This document shows, piece after piece, positions 18,789 to 26,663 of a stretch of 32,000 bases of DNA. Positions within the stretch are counted from its first letter, which is position 1; each line of letters begins with the position of its first letter. Source of the stretch: an uncultured Fibrobacterota bacterium (GTDB taxonomy: Bacteria > Fibrobacterota > OXYB2-FULL-49-7 > JAEUSG01); the NCBI GenBank assembly GCA_963831235.1, contig CAWHPS010000038.1, positions 75,104 to 107,103 of the forward strand. The letters run 5' to 3'. The notes beneath the pieces were generated by a model. It was not told where the DNA came from and made no database searches. It saw nothing but the letters and a program-made list of their open reading frames with translations. Both the position numbers and the translations under genes were made by a program.

Positions 18789-19850
18789 GTGAAAACAACC
18801 CTATCAATTTTATTGCTTTGCTTATTTGCGTTTTCTCAAACCATTATACCCGACAGCAATTATACAGGAAAGAAATGGCTACTTTTCGGATGGTATAAAG
18901 CTCAATACCAACCAGTTGATGCATATTGTTCTAGCATGTATTTTGACAGCAATTGGTATGTGACAGAACCTATTTACCATATGCTATCCACTCCTGATTT
19001 GACATTTTGGCCACCAATTGATTCTTGTAATTATAATGGCTATGCAAATTGGTTTTTTTCTCTGAGCGGACTAGAAAACAAGAAAATATTCTTGGAAGGT
19101 AAGTACGACAGTGTATGCGGTTCACATAGGTTTGGGTTTCAAACCATTTCAATAGATTCTATTTATCAAGATTCGTCAACCTTATTGCGCCTTTTAGACA
19201 CATTAAATACTGGAGAGTATACACAATGCTTAAGCGCACATATTTTTGTTTCCGGTAGATTAACTGGTACATATTATCAGATTCCAAGTAAAGATACTAT
19301 CCATTTTGATTCGATTATTACTGGACTAGAAACCAATAAACTACTCGCCTGCTTAAACCGTAATGGATATTGGGACATGGAATCCTTTGTTGCAAATCCA
19401 GAATGGAATAGCCCTGCCTTTCCCAGACATTCAAATCTTTACTGCAAAGGAAAATCTTGCGATTTATTACTGACTGGGGATAGCAGTAGTTTTGAAGCTG
19501 AAAAGATGCTGAATCAATTAGTCACTCTTCTTACTGTAGCTATGACAAAGGTCTCTATAGAACGAATCTCATCTTTTTCGCCCTGTTTTAAGCTTACTAC
19601 GGTTCCAAACCCCAGCAATGGGCATATTCGAATAAAGTTATCGCTTCCAGGAAACGATAACGCTCTTTTAAGCATTCTTGACATTCGTGGAAGGGTTATC
19701 AAGAAATTATGGCAAGGCAAAGGAAGTATTAACCTATCTTGGCAGCTGGACGATGAGCATGGTAGTATTGTCTCACCAGGCTTATATCTTTGTCAGCTTA
19801 GACTGGGAAGCATATCACATGAAACAAAAATAGTTCTTCTAAATCGTTAA
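18789..19850 (+). CDS. Secreted protein with Por/T9SS-like C-terminal sorting domain, unknown N-terminal domain (GTG start)
   Basis: Signal peptide 'MKTTLSILLLCLFAFSQT'; tail 'LTTVPNPSNGHIRIKLSLPGNDNALLSILDIRGRVIKKLWQGKGSINLSWQLDDEHGSIVSPGLYLCQLRLGS'. RBS-like gaggag upstream. Confidence 0.78.
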   Translation: MKTTLSILLLCLFAFSQTIIPDSNYTGKKWLLFGWYKAQYQPVDAYCSSMYFDSNWYVTEPIYHMLSTPDLTFWPPIDSCNYNGYANWFFSLSGLENKKIFLEGKYDSVCGSHRFGFQTISIDSIYQDSSTLLRLLDTLNTGEYTQCLSAHIFVSGRLTGTYYQIPSKDTIHFDSIITGLETNKLLACLNRNGYWDMESFVANPEWNSPAFPRHSNLYCKGKSCDLLLTGDSSSFEAEKMLNQLVTLLTVAMTKVSIERISSFSPCFKLTTVPNPSNGHIRIKLSLPGNDNALLSILDIRGRVIKKLWQGKGSINLSWQLDDEHGSIVSPGLYLCQLRLGSISHETKIVLLNR

Positions 19851-20124
19851 TTAAAATGAGGCGCCTTAGAAAAGAGCTCTTGGCCATCCATGGGCTCGTC
19901 GCAAAGAAAAGGCGGCTTCGAAGGAAAAAAGGACATTGCCGGAGAGCCGCATGTTTGCAATTAGTTTCGGTGTGGGCCCACCTTACGGGTTGGTATTAAA
20001 CGCGCGCAAAGATGGCAAAAAATATATTAGATTATTGATTTTGTTGCGTTTGATTTGAAAGCTCACTGGAAGCTGCAGCCAGCACAACACAACCCGACGT
20101 TATAAATTAAATCCTGTAAATAAA

Positions 20125-21690
20125 TTAGTTTTTTAAGACTAGTTTTGATAAATATGTTCTTGAAAGGAAATTCCGAGCGATAAATTTAATTATTTTAAAA
20201 AATACTATCTCTATTTGGAAATTAAATAATCCTAATGAAAATCTTGTTTGAGACAGCCAGGCAATTGGTAAGAAAAGCTTAAGGTACCCTTTTGAGAACA
20301 ATCCTTTTTTATAAGCAGTTGTAATTCTTCCATAGAACCTTATGCCTTGAATTATCGTTGGGTTTTGTATCCAAGGCAGGTAGCTTAAATCTAGAAAACC
20401 GGAGCTAAGTTTATATTTTGTCCAATCTCTTATAGTCTTTGGTTCTATAAAACCGGCTTTCAACGCGCTTTGATATAATGTTCCCCCAGGCAGTGGGCGA
20501 TATATTCCAGGAGCGTAAACCGTATTCTCTTTGTCAATTTGGTGAAGTTTGTTTATAAGTTTAATTGTTTTTAGTATAGAAGATGTTGATTCTCCTGGTA
20601 TCCCCATCATAAAAGTTCCATTAGGAAGGATTCCATGGGCACAACATTTTCTAACAGCATTTTCAATTTGTTCTGTTGTTATTCCTTTATTATATATTTT
20701 GAGAACATTATCGTCACCGGATTCCATACCCATATGTAAAGCATAGCATCCGCTTTGTTTTAATTTAACTAACATTTCATCATTTATTAACTTATCAGAA
20801 AAGTTATCAACGCGAACATTAGCAGACCATTGAATATGAAGATTTAAATCGATGATTCCATTCATAATAATTTTGAAACGATGTATATTACCGAAAAAAT
20901 AATCATCAATAAACCATATATAATTAAGATCATAAGACTTGACGACATGATCAATTATGTTTAAGACTCTTTCAGGTGGGATTGCCCTCCATTTTCTGGT
21001 ATTAAGATGGGGAACCGTACAGAATGCGCATTTGTATGGACATCCACGACTGGTAAGGATTCCAAGTCCCCTTACGGTTTTTCCATTTAGAAGCATTATT
21101 TTAACAAGTTTTTCTACTGTAAGGAGGTCATAATTAATATCAGGCATTTCATTGACATCTATGGGGCTTGTATGATTCTCAGTGTTAATTATTCTATCAT
21201 TTTCTTTGTAAAGCAACCCATCTGTAAGCTTAATTGGTTTTGAGTTTGTTTTTAAAAGATTTAAAAGATATTCAATAACTTTTTCACCTTCCCCAGCAAT
21301 TACATAATCAATATTATTATCTCTAATCGTTTGGATGGGATATAATGTAGGATGTGTGCCACCCCAAATAATGGGTAATTCGGGTTGGATATCCTTAATA
21401 AAATCAGTTAATTCAAGTGCATGAGATAATTGTCCGGTCATTACGGAAAAACCAACGGCAAAATAGTTGTTGATTTTATTTAAAATTGAAGATTTTATAT
21501 CTTTTTTATTAAATAGACGGCAATCTAATAAGTCAATTTCAAACCCTTTATATTTTAAATAACTTCCAATAGCAGCAATTCCTAAAGGAATGGATTTATC
21601 TCCTACTTCCAGGATGTCCCCTTCTCTAATGTCTGCTTCGGTATTATCAGGATATGAAGATGGGTGGATAAGTAAAAATGTGTTTTCCAT
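20125..21690 (-). CDS. B12-binding domain radical SAM protein
   Basis: N-terminal cobalamin-binding-like region 'IPLGIAAIGSYLKYKGFEIDLLDCRLF...GEGEKVIEYLL'; radical SAM motif 'ILTSRGCPYKCAFCTVP' (CxxxCxxC); 'ALHMGMESGDDNVLKIYNKGIT'. Confidence 0.92.
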   Translation of the reverse strand: MENTFLLIHPSSYPDNTEADIREGDILEVGDKSIPLGIAAIGSYLKYKGFEIDLLDCRLFNKKDIKSSILNKINNYFAVGFSVMTGQLSHALELTDFIKDIQPELPIIWGGTHPTLYPIQTIRDNNIDYVIAGEGEKVIEYLLNLLKTNSKPIKLTDGLLYKENDRIINTENHTSPIDVNEMPDINYDLLTVEKLVKIMLLNGKTVRGLGILTSRGCPYKCAFCTVPHLNTRKWRAIPPERVLNIIDHVVKSYDLNYIWFIDDYFFGNIHRFKIIMNGIIDLNLHIQWSANVRVDNFSDKLINDEMLVKLKQSGCYALHMGMESGDDNVLKIYNKGITTEQIENAVRKCCAHGILPNGTFMMGIPGESTSSILKTIKLINKLHQIDKENTVYAPGIYRPLPGGTLYQSALKAGFIEPKTIRDWTKYKLSSGFLDLSYLPWIQNPTIIQGIRFYGRITTAYKKGLFSKGYLKLFLPIAWLSQTRFSLGLFNFQIEIVFFKIIKFIARNFLSRTYLSKLVLKN

Positions 21691-22386
21691 TTATTTTAGC
21701 TTTTCTGCAATAATTATACTATTACCATGAAACATTACTTTCGCCTTCATTATCTTGAATGATTTTGGGAAAAAGTAATACAAGGTACCTGCTAAGTTTG
21801 AGATAAAAGAATTTATGACACTGCCTAATATGCCATGAATAAAACCAAATGAAATTTCATTACAAATAATATTAAAATTAAAATCCTTAAGTAATTGAGA
21901 TATGTTGTTTAAAGTAAGCGGTAAATTATGTGTATAATCACCATCGTAGAAGTCATTTTTCCAATATCGAATATCCGGAAATATGAGAATTATTTTGCCA
22001 TTGGATTTTAATATTTTAAAGGATTCTTGGATTAGGTCTTGAAGTTGTTTATTGTTTTCAAGGTGCTCAATTACATTTACTGCTATTATTGCATCTAATG
22101 AATTTATAGGAAGATCCAATGGAGGAATAACTTTTTCAATTACATTCACACCAGTATTACGTAAGGTCGCTGCTAAAATTGGTTGAGGCTCAATACATGA
22201 GTATTTAAATCCCGATTCCATTAGTAGTTTCGCTAAAAAACCTGTTCCAGGCCCAATTTCTAGAATGTTACTGTTTTTTGAGATAAAATTATTAATAATT
22301 AGTGATATTTTATTATTAAATCTACTAGAGACAAATGAACCTAATTTGGAAGTTTTTTTTGTTGCAAAGAATGTGTATTTTGCCAT
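21691..22386 (-). CDS. Class I SAM-dependent methyltransferase
   Basis: 'NSNILEIGPGTGFLAKLLMESGFKYSCIEPQP' and 'LDAIIAVNVIEHLENNKQLQDLIQESFKILKSNGKIILIFPDI'. Confidence 0.9.
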   Translation of the reverse strand: MAKYTFFATKKTSKLGSFVSSRFNNKISLIINNFISKNSNILEIGPGTGFLAKLLMESGFKYSCIEPQPILAATLRNTGVNVIEKVIPPLDLPINSLDAIIAVNVIEHLENNKQLQDLIQESFKILKSNGKIILIFPDIRYWKNDFYDGDYTHNLPLTLNNISQLLKDFNFNIICNEISFGFIHGILGSVINSFISNLAGTLYYFFPKSFKIMKAKVMFHGNSIIIAEKLK

Positions 22387-22416
22387 AAAAAATGATTTCT
22401 TTCGAACTTAGTATTT

Positions 22417-23595
22417 TTAAGTTTCCGTTAAAACTTTATTCACTTCTTCAAACACTTGCTCAACTGTTATTTTTTCCATACACTCCATCCTGCATGCATT
22501 TGGTACACATATTCCACACTCATTCTTGGAAACTATAGCCAATCCTCCCCTATTCCATGGGCACCACCTTTTAACATGATGACGAACATAATGACTTCCA
22601 TATATTGCAATTACTGGGGTACCAACAGCATTAGCAAGATGCATTGTACCGGTGCTGTTCCCTATGAACAATCTTGAATGAGCAAATAACACCATAAGAT
22701 CCTGTAATGAAAATTGACCTGTCATGTTTACAATAGGACTCTTAAGTGATGAAATAAAATCATTGGCTTCAACTTTTTCATTTATGCCACCTATAAGGAT
22801 CATAGTATGTGTACCTAAAGATACTAATTTATCCGATAATGCCAGATAACTTTTCATAGGCCAGCGCATTTTAGGGTCTCTGGAAAAAGGGTGAAGAATT
22901 ATAAGCTCTTTACCAGTCTGATGCTGTTGCTTGAGAAAAGCGGTAACAAGGTTCGACGGTTCTTTAGGAATAGGCACAAATAATGGCCGCCAAGGTGCAG
23001 AAATTCTTAATAATGATACTAAATCAAGGCAGGCCTGCGCTTCATGGAGAAGTTTTGAGGCCCTCTTATCATTATGGTGATGAGTAAGGAGAAATCCTCC
23101 ACCATCTCTATTTGTACCAAGCCTATAAGGGATTCCGGCATTAAAAGCAATGCGCTTTTCAGATATATGAGGAAAGAAAATTACTGCTAAGTCATATTTA
23201 TTATCTCGAAGTAAACTATTTAGTTTTGACTGTGAGTACTGATCCTTCTCAATAATTTGGTTAAACCTGGAGTTTTGTTCAACTATTGGTTTTGTGTATG
23301 ATGTAACTAGAATATCAATCTTTGCCCAAGTGAAATAATCAAGCAATGTTTCTATGGCAGGGGTTGTAAGTATGAGATCTCCTAGCCTGTCAGTTCGTAG
23401 TATAAGAATATTCTTTATTTTGTCCAAATCAATAGGTTGCTCTAAAAATATCACAGATGAATGTCCAACAAGCCGCAATATCTGGATAACAGGTGAGCAA
23501 ATATAAAAACGAACTTTAAAAAGCAGCTCTCTGAAATAATAAGCAATGATGTATAATAATTTCATCATAAATAATCTATATAATTTTTCAGTCAA
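22417..23595 (-). CDS. Glycosyltransferase family 9 (heptosyltransferase-like)
   Basis: 'ILILRTDRLGDLILTTPAIETLLDYF' and 'RLFIGNSTGTMHLANAVGTPVIAIYGSHYVRHHVKRWCPW', hallmark GT9 patterns. Confidence 0.93.
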   Translation of the reverse strand: MTEKLYRLFMMKLLYIIAYYFRELLFKVRFYICSPVIQILRLVGHSSVIFLEQPIDLDKIKNILILRTDRLGDLILTTPAIETLLDYFTWAKIDILVTSYTKPIVEQNSRFNQIIEKDQYSQSKLNSLLRDNKYDLAVIFFPHISEKRIAFNAGIPYRLGTNRDGGGFLLTHHHNDKRASKLLHEAQACLDLVSLLRISAPWRPLFVPIPKEPSNLVTAFLKQQHQTGKELIILHPFSRDPKMRWPMKSYLALSDKLVSLGTHTMILIGGINEKVEANDFISSLKSPIVNMTGQFSLQDLMVLFAHSRLFIGNSTGTMHLANAVGTPVIAIYGSHYVRHHVKRWCPWNRGGLAIVSKNECGICVPNACRMECMEKITVEQVFEEVNKVLTET

Positions 23596-24017
23596 TAAGA
23601 AGTAATGGATTTTAGCTCTGGTTCTAAAGTGAACAATCTTTTAAATAAAATAGGCCTTATAAATAATATAAATCAAGAAAAAAGGCTCAATTTCGTAGAA
23701 GATATTTTCTTTTCATGTTAAATGCCCTGTAGAAAAATAAAGAATTTTCTTATTTGAAACCAAATGATCATCAAGAATCAAAACGCGAAAAACGCGTAAT
23801 ACGGGTAAACAGTGTAAAACGCTTTAAGGCTGAAAAATTTATTAAAAAAAGATGGATGATAATAAATATTGAAGGGTCAGATTCTTACTGTAAGAAAATA
23901 AATTTCATAGTTTATAATTATTCAATAAAAAGGAGGTTGGTGCAAAATACAGAAATGTTTTTGGAGAAAAGAATTTGCAAAATGAATCTGAAAACTTAAA
24001 ACTCAAAAGGAGACAAA

Positions 24018-25691
24018 ATGGTATTTGGTAAATTAATACAAACATTAATGATAATAGTTGTTATTTTCGTATCTACATCAACATTTTCTCAAGGATTGGT
24101 TGCTAATTACAAATTTGAGGAACTATCAGGGAATATTCTCCATGATGAAACAGAATTTAGAAATGACGGAGTTATTACTGGAATTATGGAGCATGACAAA
24201 GGAATATGCGGTTATGATAATGCTTATAAATTCAATGGTATAGGGAATCAATATGTCACTGTTCATAGTTCAACATCGCTTAAAGTGATGAATAATATAA
24301 CCTTTAATGCATGGATTAAATTTAATTCATTAAAAGGTAAAGCTCAAACTTTTATTGAGAAAGGAAAACAATATATTGGGTTTGAATATAATTTTGGTCT
24401 AACCTCATCAAATAAACTTCATTTTTGCTTTTATAATCCTGTGGCTGGTTTTTGGAGAGATTTTATTGATAATAGTGACTGGGTTCCTATGGTTGGTGAT
24501 TGGAATATGGTTACAATACAAGTTGATAAGCCCAATAAGAAAGTCAGTTTTTATGTTAATGGCGTTCCCAAAGGAATAATAGAAAATGCGAATTTAGATT
24601 ATGTATCAACAGATTATAATATGTATATAGGGAGGCACGACCCTTTAAATAGTAATCCGGACGCTTTAAATGGTGTTTTGGATGAATTATCCATCTTCCA
24701 CAATCTACTCTCAGATAATGAAGTTACGGGACTTTATAATAATTTAGCTGCTTATTATAAATTTGATGAGACCTCCGGTACTATTGTTAATGATGCCTCG
24801 GGTCGAGTTAATAACGGTACTATTGTAGGAACGATGGGTTACATTGGTGGGAAAATTAATGGAGCATATAAATTTGACGGAAGCGGGAAACAATATGTGA
24901 CTGTAAATAATTCTGCATCATTAAAGTTCTCAAATAGCATGACTTTTAATACATGGGTAAAAATTGATGCTTTAAAGGGAACATATCAGGCATTTATTCA
25001 AAAAGGGAAGACTCCTTTCAATACTGACTATAATTTTGGTCTAACGAATCAGAATAAGCTTCGCTTCTGTTTTTATTCGAGTGCAAACCGATATTGGAGG
25101 GAATTCATTGATAGTAGTGCTTGGGTCCCAACAATTGGTGTTTGGAATATGGTTACAATTACAGTAAATAAATCTTCTAAATGCAATATGGTACGCTTTT
25201 TTGTTAATGGGGTATGCAAAAGCTCAGTATATGGAGCTCTTGATTATTTATCCAGTGATTATAACATGTATATTGGCATAGGTGATCAAAACAATGGCAT
25301 AACTCCTAGCGCTTTGAATGGTGCTTTAGATGAAGTGCGCCTTTACAATATTGTAATTTCAGATTACAAAATACAAGACCTTTACAAGGGGCTTTCAAAA
25401 AGATTTGAGGGGGACACGCTCTTACGATCAGAAGAGACGGTTGCCACAGATTTAACTGTCTCTCCTAACCCGTGTAATCCTTCTACTCAGATCACATTAC
25501 CAAATAGAATCGATCCAAAAAATGCTCAAGTTCACATTATAAATATTCAGGGTAAAGAAGTGGCATCCTATTATAACCTTACTTCAAATAAAATTGTTTG
25601 GAATGCTAACAAGTGCCCAAGCGGAATGTATGTTGTGAAAATTATTGCAGATAATACGATTTTATCAAAGAAAGTTTCATTGATAAAATAA
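24018..25691 (+). CDS. Secreted protein with two LamG-like domains and Por/T9SS-like C-terminal tail
   Basis: 'LVANYKFEELSGNILHDETEFRNDGVITG' and 'LAAYYKFDETSGTIVNDASGRVNNGTIVG' repeats; C-terminus 'DLTVSPNPCNPSTQITLPNRI...VWNANKCPSGMYVVKIIADNTILSKKVSLIK'. Confidence 0.88.
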   Translation: MVFGKLIQTLMIIVVIFVSTSTFSQGLVANYKFEELSGNILHDETEFRNDGVITGIMEHDKGICGYDNAYKFNGIGNQYVTVHSSTSLKVMNNITFNAWIKFNSLKGKAQTFIEKGKQYIGFEYNFGLTSSNKLHFCFYNPVAGFWRDFIDNSDWVPMVGDWNMVTIQVDKPNKKVSFYVNGVPKGIIENANLDYVSTDYNMYIGRHDPLNSNPDALNGVLDELSIFHNLLSDNEVTGLYNNLAAYYKFDETSGTIVNDASGRVNNGTIVGTMGYIGGKINGAYKFDGSGKQYVTVNNSASLKFSNSMTFNTWVKIDALKGTYQAFIQKGKTPFNTDYNFGLTNQNKLRFCFYSSANRYWREFIDSSAWVPTIGVWNMVTITVNKSSKCNMVRFFVNGVCKSSVYGALDYLSSDYNMYIGIGDQNNGITPSALNGALDEVRLYNIVISDYKIQDLYKGLSKRFEGDTLLRSEETVATDLTVSPNPCNPSTQITLPNRIDPKNAQVHIINIQGKEVASYYNLTSNKIVWNANKCPSGMYVVKIIADNTILSKKVSLIK

Positions 25692-25716
25692 CATTCTTTG
25701 CACAATATCCTATTTA

Positions 25717-25747
25717 ATCCCCTGCGCTATTGGCAGGGGATTTTTAT
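25717..25747 (+). terminator. Rho-independent terminator
   Basis: ATCCCCTGC-GCTATTG-GCAGGGGAT followed by TTTTATT, immediately downstream of the 24018..25691 CDS. Confidence 0.8.
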
Positions 25748-25822
25748 TCCGGTAAAAGATCAAAATCGTTGACTATCTTAAGCTATTTTGTTATACTATT
25801 GGTATAACAAGGAGAGATTTTT

Positions 25823-26080
25823 ATGTCAACTGTGAAAACCGCAATTTCAATTGATCGCGATTTGTTTGAAGAGATCGAAAGAATCTCAAATGAAATTCAT
25901 GTTCCACGCAGTAGGTTATTTTCGCAAGCTGTTGAAAACTTTGTTAAAGAAAAAGAAAATATTCTTCTATTAAAAAAGTTAAATGTTGTTTATGACAAGC
26001 AACCGACTTCTGAGGACACTGAGTTTCTCCGCGCTGCTAAAAAGAACCGTCATAAAATATTTAAAGGCTTATGGAAATAA
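25823..26080 (+). CDS. Type II antitoxin, ribbon-helix-helix/MazE-like
   Basis: Short ORF 'MSTVKTAISIDRDLFEEIERISNEIHVPRSRLFSQAVENFV' with an RHH-like N-terminus, overlapping a MazF-like ORF. Confidence 0.82.
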   Translation: MSTVKTAISIDRDLFEEIERISNEIHVPRSRLFSQAVENFVKEKENILLLKKLNVVYDKQPTSEDTEFLRAAKKNRHKIFKGLWK

Positions 26081-26424
26081 GACAAGGCGATGTTTTTTGG
26101 TATGACTTTGGAGAACCTCGAGTTTCCGAACCTGGTTACCGCCACCCGGTTGTAGTTGTACAAAACAATATTTTCAATAAAAGCCACATCCACACAACAG
26201 TAGTATGTGCAATAACTTCAAATGTCAGTCTCGCTGCTGCTCCTGGTAATGTTTTTATCCGCAAAGGTGAGGCTAATCTTCCAAAATCCTGCGTAATAAA
26301 CATCTCTCAAATTGAAACCATTAATAAAACTGAGCTTTCGGAAAAAATAGGCACATTATCAAAAGCTCGATTATTTGAAGTCATTTCCGGTCTTAAATTA
26401 TTAACAGAACCTCGAGATATATAG
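26071..26424 (+). CDS. Type II toxin, MazF/PemK endoribonuclease family
   Basis: 'IRQGDVFWYDFGEPRVSEPGYRHPVVVVQNNIFNKSHIHTTVVCAITSN' and 'GNVFIRKGEANLPKSCVINISQIETINKTELSEKIGTLS', canonical MazF/PemK pattern. ORF overlap ATGGAAATAA with the antitoxin. Confidence 0.93.
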   Translation: MEIRQGDVFWYDFGEPRVSEPGYRHPVVVVQNNIFNKSHIHTTVVCAITSNVSLAAAPGNVFIRKGEANLPKSCVINISQIETINKTELSEKIGTLSKARLFEVISGLKLLTEPRDI

Positions 26425-26663
26425 CTGGTTACTGAACACATCAACCAATTCGCAGAAAATAACCTTTGCCATGATTCTTGGCATTTTTGTTGCCAACTTT
26501 CCTGGCAACACTGTCCTTTAAAAGACCCATTAAGCCTTTATAATCCTTTATAACATCCATTGTTTCATACTATTACAAGGCTTTTTACATAAACGGTACA
26601 ACCCTTGCAGTTATCATTGTGATGAGGAAAATGTCCTTTAACCCCAATTCCAAGGAGGCCTTT

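Noticed and set aside
16729-23595. Possible restriction-modification or BREX-like defence locus because two methyltransferases occur
   Set aside because: Both are generic class I SAM methyltransferases of the glycan/small-molecule type, lacking DNA-methylase NPPY/DPPY motifs, and there is no nuclease or helicase partner.
23754-23999. 81-aa plus-strand ORF (MKPNDHQESKREKR...)
   Set aside because: Basic, low-complexity, no recognisable motif and no clear RBS; not supportable as a gene, though a small regulator cannot be fully excluded.
13017-25400. Possible CRISPR or DGR variable-repeat system suggested by repeated coding segments
   Set aside because: The repeats are long LamG-domain duplications. 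There are no short regularly spaced repeats with spacers, no cas genes, and no reverse transcriptase or template repeat in the window.
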